NCBI GenBank assembly: GCA_012295275.1
Contig: CM022672.1
Span: 18,848,001-18,912,000 of the forward strand
Direction: 5' to 3'
DNA from: Chrysomallon squamiferum
Lineage: Eukaryota; Animalia; Mollusca
Length of the DNA: 64,000 nt
The first letter of the stretch is position 1. Each line of letters opens with the position of its first letter. Positions 1 through 12,652 of this stretch are shown here, piece by piece. Below the pieces are notes generated by a model. It saw nothing but the letters and a program-made list of their open reading frames with translations. It searched no databases and was not told the DNA's origin. The position numbers were made by a program, and so were the translations under genes.

Positions 1-1360
1 AGTTTTTGTGTATTACACAGACACACACACTATGCAGCGCTTCGTCCCCCCACCCCCCACCCTCACACAGATACACATACTCGTCTGTTTCTCTAGTGTT
101 TTATCATATATATATATATATGTATTAACTAGATAATGAAATATTTAACTTACAGAGGTTTTCTCTGAATCTAAGTAATCCCCCGGGAGAACACTGTTTT
201 GCCCGAACTGCAAATGTGAGTTTGTTGATATTTAATGACGTAACTTAATTGTCGACGTCATTTATTTGTTGTTATTTAAGTTTGTTAGTTAATTGTCGAT
301 GTCATTTATTTGTTGAAATGATGACGTCATATAAGAAATAAAATTATAATACCTTATAACTTATATATATATATATATATATATATACACGATCTAGAAA
401 TATATAAAGACTGGCTGACTCAACCGTGGCGCTGTTGTGTTAATACTTTAGCTTTTTCAAAGTAAATTACAAACCTTAAAATCACTAAAACAAAAGCAAA
501 ACTCTTTTCGTTCGTTTTCCAGATACGTCTTGTAGACAAGTGACTCCCTTGACAGGTCCCTCATTTATTTAAACGAATTTTCCCACGGATATCAGATTTT
601 GAAAACTCAACAAAGAAAAAAAAACGATTTTTTGTTAAACTAGTGTCACAGAGGTGAACTTAGTATATTCTCAAATTCAATAAAAATTGTAATATTTCAA
701 GCAATTACTATGATAGCGGCAAATTTAGTAAATTTCATTCAACTCAAACTCAAGAATCGTAACAGAACACTGAAGTATGAACGACATTAATCATACTTTA
801 AACAAATAAGCTGCTAAGGAAAAATAAACTTTAACTCAAAAGGATGTCAGCATCATCAAACAAGCAGAACAAACCTAACAGAAAAGGCGATGCAAAATAT
901 AATTTTCAATCCGATACACCAACAACGATAAGCATGATAATCATGCAAGAAGCTTGAAAAATGAATAAATAACGGGCAGTTAAAACCTACGACAATCACT
1001 TACGTAATCGATTTCGGTCGGATACAAGATAAGGGGCTACAGCTCAGTGCCTGACTTGCGGGCGTGGTCCCTGATGAGCTCGTTAATTTTCACACCCATT
1101 CAGAGCGAGACACATCTGATTAGCCCATAGTGTCCAATTTCATGGTGCGTTAGAAAAAGCTAATTATATATATATATATATATACGTATGTCGTGCAAGT
1201 GTCTTATTTGCGATAATGAACTGGGCATGGCCTGAACATCATTAGTTGACACTTAATTTATCTTGAAACATTTTGAAAGAAAAATTAATAACAATAACAG
1301 CGATCAAGTTTCCACCCCGCCAAGTTTGGTGATAAATTAAAACAAACCAACCAAAATGAA

Positions 1361-1393
<33 letters not shown>

Positions 1394-1398
1394 GTTAC

Positions 1399-1447
<49 letters not shown>

Positions 1448-1542
1448 TTTTTTTTTTTTTTTTTTTTTTATATATATACACTAAAAAATAAAATAATAAT
1501 AATAATTATAATAATAATAAACATGGAAAAAAGAATCGGTTC

Positions 1543-1573
<31 letters not shown>

Positions 1574-2509
1574 TTTTTGTTGTTGTTTTTTTTTTTTTTT
1601 TTTAACTCATAATTTTCTTCATAGTTGACCTTTTAAAAGAAAACAAAAAATACAAAAATAAATTGTTTTACAGGTGTACTGAATTTGTTTTCACGTAAAT
1701 GAATGACATGCTTTCTTTTAACAGTTAACATATACCAGTGTTTCCATTCTGAAATAATTATCACTGCACTTCAACAAAAAAAACATGTTTATTTTATTAC
1801 AAATCAAAAGGAACGCATTTCATTAAGGTTTCTTTGCTTTTACTGAACAAAATTTACACTGGTTTAATGTAAATAAACTAAATAAAGTGATTTCCTTCTA
1901 TTTTTTTTTTCTTATTTTTTTTTTTGACAAGGTGTTTGGTAGCTGTTAATTTTCCTTTAACTATCTTACTTCGTAGAGAAACTGTTATTCAGTTTCGTGC
2001 TGTTTTTAAAATACCGTTTCGTGCAATTTAGTTACCATTGATTCAGATATGACACATATTAATACACAGACTTATTAAGCAGAGAGAAAAAAAAAAAGGC
2101 AAAAGTCAAAATCATCTTTAGTTTGCAGTAAATCCCTTTAATTTTTTTTTTATAATTTATTATTTTATTATTATTTTATTGTTGGTTGGTTGGTTCTTGT
2201 GCTACTGTTGTTTTGTTGTTATTGTCTTTGTTTTTTTTTTTTTGTTGGGTTTTTTGTAGGGATTCATATTTTCGTTATTTATTTCTTATAATAATAAGAG
2301 TAATACAAAAATGAAGAAAGAAAATGAAATAAAACAAATGAGTTTAAATATTGTACAACATAAACGAGAAACCTTTTTTTTTGTCATTTATTTATTATTT
2401 ACTTTTTTTGTTTTATTGTTTATTCTTTTTATTCTTTTCATTTTTTTAAATTTATAAACTGATTTCTGATTTTTTGTTTGTATGTTTTTATTTATTTATT
2501 AATTTTTAT

Positions 2510-3389
2510 TTATCGATAACAGAAAAATACGATATACATAAATATTTGTATCGCCTTCTTTATCTTTGATTATATCTATGTGTATGTAGTAATTTCCGTT
2601 TATTTATTTATTTATTTATATATTTATTTATTTATGTTTTTATATTATTTATTTATTTATCTTTTTATCCATTTACTTATTTATTGATATATTTATTTAT
2701 TTATTTAATGATATTTTTATTTATCGATAATAGAAAAATACGATATACATAAATATTTGTATCGCCTTCTATATCTGTGATTGTATCTATGTGTATGCAG
2801 TAATTTCCGTTTATTTATTTATTTACTTATTTACCTTTTTATCCACTTACTTATTTATTGATATTTTTTTTTATTTTTTATTTTTTATTTTTTATTTTTT
2901 TTATTTTTATTTATCAATAACAGAAAAATACGATATACATAAATATTTGTATCGCCTTCTTTATCTGTAATTGTATCTATGTGTATGCAGTAATTTCCGT
3001 TTATTTATTTATTTATGTACTTATTTACTTATTTATTTATTTACTTATTTACCTTTTTATCCACTTACTTATTTATTGATATTTTTATTTATTTATTTAT
3101 TTATTGATATTTTTATTTATCGATAATAGAAAAATACGATATACATAAATATTTGTATCGCCTTCTTTATCTGTGATTGTATCTATGTGTATGCAGTAAT
3201 TTCCGTTTATTTATTTATTTATTTACTTACTTACCTTTTTATCCACTTACTTATTTATTGATATTTTTTTTTTTTTTTTTATTATTATTATTTTTTTATT
3301 TATCAATAACAGAAAAATACGATATACATAAATATTTGTATCGCCTTCTTTATCTGTGATTGTATCTATTTGTATGCAGTAATTTCCGT

Positions 3390-3424
<35 letters not shown>

Positions 3425-3650
3425 CTTATTTACCTTTTTATCCACTTACTTATTTATTGATATTTTTTTTATTTTATTTTTTATTTTTTATTTTTTTTAT
3501 ATTTTATTTTTTATCTGTGATTGTATTTATTTATTTATTTATTTTTTACAATTTTATCAATAACAGAAAAATACGATATACATAAATATTTGTATCGCCT
3601 TCTTTATCTGTGATTGTATCTATGTGTATACAGTAATTTCCGTTTATTTA
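2510..3650. repeat. Tandem array, 6 units of ~180-250 bp: conserved ~90-bp core plus variable (TTTA)n/poly-T spacer
   Basis: Core TTATC(G/A)ATAA(C/T)AGAAAAATACGATATACATAAATATTTGTATCGCCTTCTTTATCTGTGATTGTATCTATGTGTATGCAGTAATTTCCGTTTATT recurs at ~2510, 2721, 2911, 3117, 3300 and 3554. A second block ACCTTTTTATCCACTTACTTATTTATTGATAT lies in most spacers. Confidence 0.95.
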
Positions 3651-4249
3651 TTCGTTCGTTCAATCATTCATTCATTAATTCATTTATTTTTATATTAATT
3701 TTAATTTTTTTTTTTTTTTAAATTTATCTCTTTATCAATTTATTTTTTGATATTTTATATATTTTTATATTTTTTGTTTACTGATACTCTTATATATACA
3801 TTTTTTAAATAAGTATTTCGCAAACAAAGTATTTATAGCGTTTTTCACTCACAAACTCACGAACACATGTACACACATAAATAAACACAGACGCTAAGCA
3901 ATTCGGTATTTTGTGGGAATGACGTTCAAGCTACCAAAAATATCGTTTCACTTAATTCACGCGGTGTGAAGAAATATTTCATATGCATAGTTTATATACC
4001 ATCTAAAAATAACTGACAGCGTCATAGAAACCGTACTACTACTGAAAAGAAAGGGAAAAAGGTACCCAACACTCCTTTGCGCTATTCAGACAAAACCCTA
4101 CAGTAAAACCGTCACTGCCCATTCGGCCACCTTGGTAATCTGATTCATTCATAAACTGCAACATTAGCTCGTAAGCCACACCTTTCTCACGATCTGGTGC
4201 AGTTTTTATCCACGATATTTAACTAACGTAACGTGACAAGCAGAAAAAA

Positions 4250-4430
4250 TTCAAAGGCGGGGCTTAGGTCCTGTTTGACGTACAAGCCTATAGAATACGA
4301 TTACACAGACGTACTTCCGACTGAAAGAAATGGTAAAGGGTTAACAAATGTTTGGTAATTAATAATAAAGACGAATAGAGAAGCCCCTATTTTTTGACTG
4401 ATGGGTGAGCCGCAGGTTCTGTATAAAATG
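4250..4430 (+). promoter_or_regulatory. Putative promoter of the glycosyltransferase gene
   Basis: CpG-retaining stretch with GC-box-like GGCGGGGC (~4256), ETS-like ACTTCCG (~4315) and TATAAAA (4422-4428), about 200 nt upstream of the ATG. Motif inspection only. Confidence 0.3.
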
Positions 4431-4625
4431 AAAAAATTCTCTAACAGTGTTACATAAGTGACATGTTTCACGAGATGCTGTTTCGCACAGAGGCTTCAAA
4501 TCTTGACATTTATGTGAAGTAACGTTATTATCAACTTTAACGCTGACACAGTACAATTAACATACATAATTTCAATCGAATTGTGGTGAACTGATCTCCA
4601 GGTAATTAAATAAAGAGTAAACACC

Positions 4626-6689
4626 ATGCAAAGAACTAAGCGAATATTTCTGTATTTTACTTTTTGGATCTCACTCGCTCTTATATCCATAGTTCTAAAT
4701 ATTCTTAACATTGACTGGACACGAACTAATGTTTTCCATGGAATTGTTCTCATCGTTATTCTGGGGGTACTTCAAGGCTCAGTCATGGAATTTCCGGTGC
4801 AGACGATTGTGACTTTGGTTGTTGGAGGAGAAAAGCGTCAAACAGCTAAACATACAGACGACAGTTTGACTCTGGTGCTAAATTACAATTTACTAGCAGT
4901 AACAAAAGACGATATTGATGAATGTTTACAAACGATGTATGAAGCCTACATGGGAAACCTGTCAGACAGGATTTCTGCAGTTCTTGTGAGTGCCACAAAC
5001 TCTGACGATCTTAAAAAGTACGAACTGGAGGTGAGAGACAATTATCGTGCTCTCATTTACGACGAACTTTTTCAAGAAGGATTAAGTTTTGCCCACGGAG
5101 AGCCAGTTGATCCAAAGCATATGGAATATATTTGGTCCAAATTTCAAGATGTTGACAAAAATATGTTTCTTCAGCAGTTATTGGATCAAATTTGTGATAG
5201 ATTTGCTAGAGAATTCATGGTGATTCACCGAGTTTCGAGAGTGTTACGTAAGTGTGGACAGTACCAAGATCTGATGCTGTTGTCAGAAGGTGATGACGAC
5301 GCCTACACTTACACAGATCCTGAGTATTACGGAAAACTCGCCAGACCGTACGGCCAGCCTTTGTTCTACGACTCTGAAGACGTAGAAAACATTTTTGGTC
5401 GCAAGTTTGACTACACTTTAGTTCTGGACGGTGACACCGGAGTTCCAGAAGGTTCAGTGTTTGTTTTGCTGGACATCGCGGCAGCACATCCGGATCGTGG
5501 AATAATCCAGCCGTCGATCGAGTTGACTGCTGCCTCTGATGACTCCCTGTTCATGCATCTCGAGAAAATGCGCCAGGCCATTTATGAACCCATGACAAAC
5601 GCCATCATGTCGTTTCTTGGTCAATCGTCGTATTTCGGTAAGGCAATGATAAAAAACACTATTTATATTGAAAGAGTAATCGGGACAAGAGACAATCTTA
5701 TAGAAAGAGTGCCAGTGGATGTTCTAAGTCATGATACTTTCGAAGCAGCAATTCTGCAACCTCTCTATGTTTCGTCGGTCCAGCTTTTAGAAGCTCCACC
5801 TTACAACTATGTGTCGTGGAACATTCGAGAAAGAAGATGGAACAGAGGAGAAGTCCTCTTGTCCATGTACTTTTGGAAAACCTTTTTCGGTAAACCAATG
5901 AGATGGTTGCAGAGAATGGTGCAAGGTGACAAATTCAATGCCACAAAACTGAGAACAGAATCAAAGTTAGACTTTGTATCATCTTACATAGCTCACTCAG
6001 CTTTGAGACAAATGTTTATGAAACCTACGCTTTTGATTTATATCATTATTAATTACACTGCTCAACTCAGGTACCAATATGCCTCACTGATAATCATCAT
6101 GTTTCTTATACTGGTATTTCCTAAATTTGCCACGTGCACCAGAAAGAACTATAAATACGTAGCACTAGAAACACTGGCATCAATTCTCCAGTTCACACCA
6201 GAAGCAATGGTGGGTTGTGTGCGTATCGTGCGTGCTTTCCAAGCAAACATCAGTCTGGATACGAAATGGATTCCTCAAAGGGCTGTGGAAGAAGAATTTA
6301 AAAAATCAAACCCTTTTCTGTCCAGTTTTAAACATCTTTGGGGTTACTCTTTGTTCGCTCTTGTAACTGCTGTTGTATACGGAGTGTTAGCACCAGACGG
6401 AGCTTTGATATTCGTCATGCTAATAACTCTTTTCTTACTTCCTCTGTATACGGGATTCACGTCTCTTACGAAAAAACTCAAATCTTCCAACACGGTTTCA
6501 GATCAGTACAGACAAAACATAGAAACGGGAATAAGTGTTATCAGTATGTCGGACAGTCCTAAAGACTGTTCGCGAATACCGCGCGTAACTTTGCCTTTAG
6601 CTTATTCAGCACAGTCTCTGGATCCTTTCCGAGTGGACGGTCATTCGTCGTTTAGCAAAGCAAGTGCTCCCTACATGCTTGAAGTGTGA
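4626..6689 (+). CDS. Intronless multi-pass membrane glycosyltransferase (GT-A fold), OpgH/MdoH- and Cgs GT84-like; putative beta-1,2-glucan synthase, 687 aa
   Basis: Single uninterrupted ORF. Ordered motifs RKCG (OpgH RKxGN, Cgs RKRGK), DYTLVLDGDT (DxD; OpgH VVLDADS, Cgs ITLDADT), GIIQP, GQSSYFGK (Cgs GEGSYxGKG), VLSHDTFEAA (OpgH ILSHDFVEAA), EAPP..RERRWNRGE (OpgH EELPP..RDRRWCxG; QxxRW equivalent). Two N-terminal and several C-terminal hydrophobic helices. The start context is Kozak-like (ACACCATG). Confidence 0.85.
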   Translation: MQRTKRIFLYFTFWISLALISIVLNILNIDWTRTNVFHGIVLIVILGVLQGSVMEFPVQTIVTLVVGGEKRQTAKHTDDSLTLVLNYNLLAVTKDDIDECLQTMYEAYMGNLSDRISAVLVSATNSDDLKKYELEVRDNYRALIYDELFQEGLSFAHGEPVDPKHMEYIWSKFQDVDKNMFLQQLLDQICDRFAREFMVIHRVSRVLRKCGQYQDLMLLSEGDDDAYTYTDPEYYGKLARPYGQPLFYDSEDVENIFGRKFDYTLVLDGDTGVPEGSVFVLLDIAAAHPDRGIIQPSIELTAASDDSLFMHLEKMRQAIYEPMTNAIMSFLGQSSYFGKAMIKNTIYIERVIGTRDNLIERVPVDVLSHDTFEAAILQPLYVSSVQLLEAPPYNYVSWNIRERRWNRGEVLLSMYFWKTFFGKPMRWLQRMVQGDKFNATKLRTESKLDFVSSYIAHSALRQMFMKPTLLIYIIINYTAQLRYQYASLIIIMFLILVFPKFATCTRKNYKYVALETLASILQFTPEAMVGCVRIVRAFQANISLDTKWIPQRAVEEEFKKSNPFLSSFKHLWGYSLFALVTAVVYGVLAPDGALIFVMLITLFLLPLYTGFTSLTKKLKSSNTVSDQYRQNIETGISVISMSDSPKDCSRIPRVTLPLAYSAQSLDPFRVDGHSSFSKASAPYMLEV

Positions 6690-7626
6690 AGCTGTCGTTA
6701 ACTGTATTGACAACGAGAATGCCAGTATTCGAGAATTTCAAACAGAACATTGCAGCAAGCAGCTGAGACAAACACGTCTCATACAAAAAAACAGTCATTA
6801 ACGAGAAACTACTACTCTTTACAAACAGACCCGTGAAGGTGTATTTATTTAACTATGTAATTATTTATTTAATTTCTTTTTTTTTAAATTATTTATTTAT
6901 TTATTTATTCTTTCATTCATTCGTTCATTCATTCATTCATTTATTGATTCATTTTCTCATATTTGTTCATTTATATATATATACGAAAGTTATTGCATTT
7001 TGGTGCCATTTTCAAAATCATCTGATCCCATGTTTGTAATGAAACTTTTTACATACGTAGGTGTACTTGACTAATCTGTTTCGGGCGTGGATCTAAAATG
7101 ATGGGTGCTATGAAGAATTGTGATAGAAATATATATATCTGATTAGACGATATCATAGCCAACAATCAGAGAGTGATTGATTGTCCAAACAAGCTACGTT
7201 TTAACCGTTGACATTTGTGTTTGCTACCATCAATAATGTAAACGAAATCGCCATTGTCAGGATATTTCTGGGTTTACGTTTCAGAGTTTGAGTAGGAAGA
7301 TAGGAATGATTAAAAAAGGGTGTGGTTTCGGCTATTATTTGAATGAATATTTTTTCTATTAATAATATATTATTCAATTTTTTTATCTTTTTTTTTTTTT
7401 ATCTTATTGACACTAAAATAGGGGTGGGGAGTGGGAAATGTTAAATAAATATATGAATAAAAACTAGCTTAGATTTAAATTATAAATAAATAAAAAGTAG
7501 AAAATTTGATTCACTCGCAAATTAGAATTTTTGATTTCTTTTTTGAAATAACTGAGAAATCACTAAGTTATGTAAGACGTTACAAGTACATACATATATA
7601 CATACATACATACATACATACATACA

Positions 7627-7658
<32 letters not shown>

Positions 7659-7914
7659 CGCATGTTGTGTGTCTGCTGTGTCTGTTGTGTTACCACGTGT
7701 CGGAAAACCAAAGCTCACAATTTATTATCTGTTATTTGTGATATTTATTACATCCCGCAGGCGGGATTTTTCATATAAAAATACTTTTTAATGAATGCGT
7801 TCCTGTCTTTTATATATATAGAAAATATCTTCTTTTTTTTTCTTTGTCTCTCTCTCTCTCGCTGTCTCATATTTTATCAAACTGTGCAACTGTACAATGT
7901 GGTTTTTGGGGGGT

Positions 7915-7945
<31 letters not shown>

Positions 7946-8862
7946 GGTTTTGGGGGGTATGTTATTGTTAACATATTCAGTAATTCGAAAGGTATGCCAT
8001 GTGAATATCATCCCAGTGACAGCATAGGTAACAGTATTGGAAGAAAACTAAACTACATTTTTTTATTTTTTTATTTTTTTTTGAAATCCATCCTTTCCAG
8101 GGGCAAACCCAGGATATATATAGATATATATATAGATAAATTACCTCAAACAGAAAATAGACCATCCTTACTTCCTTCACATCCTATCCGCCCTTAATCC
8201 TCGCTTGGCATTATATAAATTATTATTATTACGGAAGACAATACGATACGTTTTACAATCGTACAAAACCTTTCGTGTACCGTCCGTTTAATTATTCTTG
8301 TCGCGGATGTGCTTTTGGTGCTTTGGTCTTAATTTCTATTCAAATAATCTAAATATAGCAATAGAGGTTTAGCATGCAAATAGTGATCATTTTTTTCCCG
8401 GTGAGAAAAACCTGAAAATAGACAAACATTGAAATAGTCCCACGACTGGTATGTTGGCGTAATCTTTAAGCATTGTAAATACACACATACATATATAAAT
8501 ACGTACGTACGTACGTACATATATATATTTCTTTTTTTATTATTATTATTCTTTTGTTTTAAATGTCTCCTTGTTATAACAGTACTTAGTATCTGTTGTG
8601 CCATTACTGTGTACATGTTTTCTACTTTTGTTACTTGGAAATTTTTACAAATTGTTAATTGTACCCACTGTACCTGGTTGGTCGCTAAAATATTTGATAT
8701 ATGCAATAAATAAAAATAAAAAATTAATATTATTCCACTGTCGTTGTTGTTGTTGATTTTTTTCATGTTTTTAGGCAAAAATAAAAATAATTATTATTTT
8801 AATTATACAGACAAATTGGTAAACAGAAATATTTATGGCTTTCTTAAAACCTAGCAAAAAAA

Positions 8863-8900
<38 letters not shown>

Positions 8901-8940
8901 CGGTGGTACTTATCACACGTCAGTGTAGAATTTGGTCGGT

Positions 8941-8983
8941 GTAGATCACTAGATCGAGTAGATCACTGGATCGAGTAGATCAC
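8941..8983. repeat. 17-bp tandem repeat, ~2.5 copies
   Basis: GTAGATCACT(A/G)GATCGA x2 followed by GTAGATCAC. Confidence 0.8.
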
Positions 8984-9555
8984 ACGCCAAAGTAGCACCT
9001 AAAAATCTTTACATCAAGAAGTATAAAGTTATTCTTCCATTTAATAAAATATTTACACATTTAAATATTTATTTATTTATTTATTTATTTACGTATTTAT
9101 ATATTTATATATTTATTTATTTAATCTGTTTGTCGATGTCTGTTTTCTTGTTGCTAGGATCTTTTTCTGTTGTTTTTTTTTTTTTCTTTTTCTTCTTCTT
9201 TTTGACCTTACCCAACCTCTTTATTAGCATTCAGACTATGAGTAACAGGAAGACTGAAATTCCTGCGAGGAGTTCGTAAAGAAGAACTCGCGTTCGCCAC
9301 TACAATAAACTAAAACTTGACTGCCTTTGGCTGTTTGTTTAAACAGTCCGTAACCATAAAACATGACGTGTCGTGAACTAACACCATTCACGCCCTAAGA
9401 TAAAACTCACCGTAAGTTACCTCTTACATAATGGGCTGCGTGTGAAGTAGGGATAGTCTGAAAATATTTTTTTTTTTTTTTTTTTTTAAATAGAAATTGG
9501 TGTGGTGTTGCTCTTGTTGCTGTTATTTTAGTTTCTAGGGAGGTGGGGGGTTTGG

Positions 9556-9596
<41 letters not shown>

Positions 9597-10072
9597 TGAG
9601 GGGCGGGGTTTCCTTTGGACTTTTTATATTTTTTGTTTGATTGGTTTGAGGGTTTTTTGTGGGATTTTGTGGTTTTTTGTGGGGGGGTTGTAGGTCTTAT
9701 TTTAACACAATTCAAAACTTTAAGTCACAAAAAAAGAACAGCTTCTTTATTACAAGATGCCGTGTTACTGCAAATCAGATAAATAAATGAACACGAGTTC
9801 CCTCCCTCGAAACACGACAAAGCAACCAGACATTATGAGTATCTGTTTCACCCCCCCCCCCCACTAGCGTTTCTGTTGCCTTACCCTCGGAAATGAAGTT
9901 ACTTCACCTCAGAAAAATGTTCTGTCTTTGAGTCTCCGTTCCATAATGACCGTTGTGATAATAATACAGAATTACGCGAAAGCACTTAAAACATGAGTAG
10001 GAATAAATTAACTACTGTTATAGACCCATACTAACATGTATGTGTGTGCGCAGGTGGGCGGGTATGTGCGGG

Positions 10073-10073
<1 letters not shown>

Positions 10074-10134
<61 letters not shown>
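10074..10134. repeat. (GT)n microsatellite; one of many simple repeats (e.g. (TACA)n ~7600-7655, (ATT)n ~10741-10803, (CA)n ~31170-31210)
   Basis: Directly visible simple repeats. Confidence 0.95.
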
Positions 10135-10137
<3 letters not shown>

Positions 10138-10740
10138 TTGCTCTCTTTTTTTTTACATTTTATACTTGTTCTTTACATATACATGGATAGATAGATACAT
10201 TCTCTCCTTTCTTCATTTTTATTTATTTTATTATCCTCTTCTTTTTTTCTTTCTTTATTTTATTTTCTTCTACATTTTGTATTAAGACGCAAAGAGAAGC
10301 TCTGGCTGGGTAGATATAATAGCGCATGCCATCATAAACCAAATACGGATGTCACACCGCCAGCTAATTGTACAAAAATAAATAATATGTCAGAGAAAAT
10401 AGAAATACTCGAAGCACGTATTCACGGACACACGGGTGTATAATTAATTCCGAGACACCTGTGGAGTTTTTTTCGCCTAACCCAGTCGCTCCCCAACATA
10501 CCTTACATGACCTTCCCATGGCGGAAATTAGGCGTGTCCCCGTAACGTCATTAGTTTCTTTACATCTTCTATTCTATAGTTTCCGTAATCCTGTGTTTGC
10601 ATTAAACAATTGCATCACATTGTTTTCCTGTTTCTTAATGAATGCATCGTAGCAGTAATTCGTTTATTTTCTTCTTCTTCTTCTTTAGTTAATATTCTTG
10701 TTGATGTTGTTGTTTTTTGTTCAGTTGTTGTTGTTGTTGC

Positions 10741-10804
<64 letters not shown>

Positions 10805-12620
10805 AACTAAATTATTAAAATTAATGATTCTTAAAAGTAAATATTTACAAGTAAACGTCTAGATACATTGTTCAGTATTGAACTATTGAAAGAAAGTAAG
10901 TAATATTAACTATCGAAATATAAATAAATAAATAAATAAATAAATAAACGCTAAAATAAAGAAGTAAATGAGTTACGGGGCTTTTAATTATGAACACATT
11001 CGGCAGTGGTCTTACGCACACACAAACACACAGATACATACATACATATGTTTCATATTCATATTCAATGACAATTTTTTAATTGTTTTGATTTTCGGTT
11101 TTATTCGTTGCTTGTTCTGTTTGAAAGTTTTTGTTTCTTGCTTCTATATTTTGTTGTTTTTGTTGTTATTTTTTATTTTTCTTATTTTATTTTCATGCGA
11201 TATTTTTATTTAATTTTTTTGTTGTTGCTCATATATATATATATATATATATATTTTATTTTTTTTTAATTTTTAATTATTACTTGTATTTAGTTCATAA
11301 AATTAAAAATCTTCGTCATTGTTGACGGCATAAATAAAAAAAAAAAAATGAAAAAGAAAACAAGGCACAAAATAGTGATTAAAATAAAACAAAGACGATT
11401 AAAAAGAATTATTGCTAAAAAGGTTTAATGATATCAGGAAGCATGCAGTAACAAGTGGATGGTATAAAAATGTGGAGAACAGACACATAAAATAACAAAC
11501 AACCCATTTATCAGAGCATGTCAAGCCTTGTTACAGTCCAAGACAACACAAACAGCTCATAAATCTAAGCAAAATATTATCGTATGTTTTTAATTATTCT
11601 TTTTTTTTTTTTCGTTTTTGCTGGGTGGTTGGGTTTTCTTTTAAATTTGATCTAATACTATTTAAACCAACAGGAATTTTATTCACCAAAGAAATTTTCC
11701 ATTTCTTATAACATTTAAAAATTTGTTAAAAATTTGGTCTTTTGCCAAAAATAGATAAAAATACACGTTAAATAATTCAATTATTACTGCTCCCAATTAT
11801 CAATTTTTTTTTATTTTTTTTTTTTTTTTTTTTTTTTTTTTGGAGGCTAGAGGGGCGGGTTTCTCGTAATTTCCATTTTTTTAAATAGCACTGAACTGAA
11901 GAAAGTAATTAAATAACTGAAAATATGGTAAAGATACAGAATTCATGTATCTCTATTACTGAACACAAGACATTTGAGTTTCTTTAAACAAACCTCATCC
12001 AAGAACTGGAAACAAATACAATATAAATTTTGTTTTATCATTAGCACTAAAGTTTGGGTACCACTATCATTATGGCAACTTAAGATTAATTAATATAATA
12101 CATATTTAAACCAATAAAACAAAATAATACACTGACATTTTTTTTTTTTTTTTTTTTTACATTTGATAATAACCCGATTCCTTTAACTTACTTATACAAG
12201 TGTTAAATAAATTGTTTTATTCTGATAAAACTTTTAAACTTTTCTAGTATTAAGTTTGAATGATTTTAATTTAAATCAGTATTTTAAAACTTAAACATCA
12301 CATAGACAGGCACCATAATGATGTGGTTTAAATTCACTTGTCATCACTGAAAATCCATTTCCTTTCTACAAGACCAGATTTCACCGTGTTCTTTATTTCA
12401 ATACTCTATACGCAAAACTCTTTACAAAAGGTTTAAATTTTGGATAAATCTATTTTTTTTTTTTTTATTTTGATAAACCTCTGTTTTCTATTTTCTTCTG
12501 GATAAGTATGGGCAGGGTTTTGTTTTCCCAATCAGTTTGGATAAATATGATGTTTTTTTGTATTCACACTTCTATCTAGATAAATCTATTTTCTCCATTT
12601 TCAAATCCAGATGAAGCCTA

Positions 12621-12652
<32 letters not shown>

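Noticed and set aside
3177-3585. Short F/I/Y/L-rich ORFs here and similar ORFs throughout (e.g. 7506-11325, 31667-32094, 36117-36539, 40147-40534, 43440-43788)
   Set aside because: They are translations of microsatellites and poly-T/A tracts with no domain signal.
2510-3650. CRISPR-like repeat/spacer appearance
   Set aside because: The repeats are ~90 bp, the spacers are homologous low-complexity tracts rather than unique sequences, there are no cas genes, and the context is eukaryotic.
4626-6689. Chitin synthase, hyaluronan synthase or cellulose synthase assignment; bacterial contamination
   Set aside because: It lacks EDR/TED and QRRRW and has SHD and RERRW instead. The flanks carry host-type (TTTA)n/(TTCA)n repeats right up to the gene with no neighbouring bacterial ORFs. 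Read-level confirmation is still needed.
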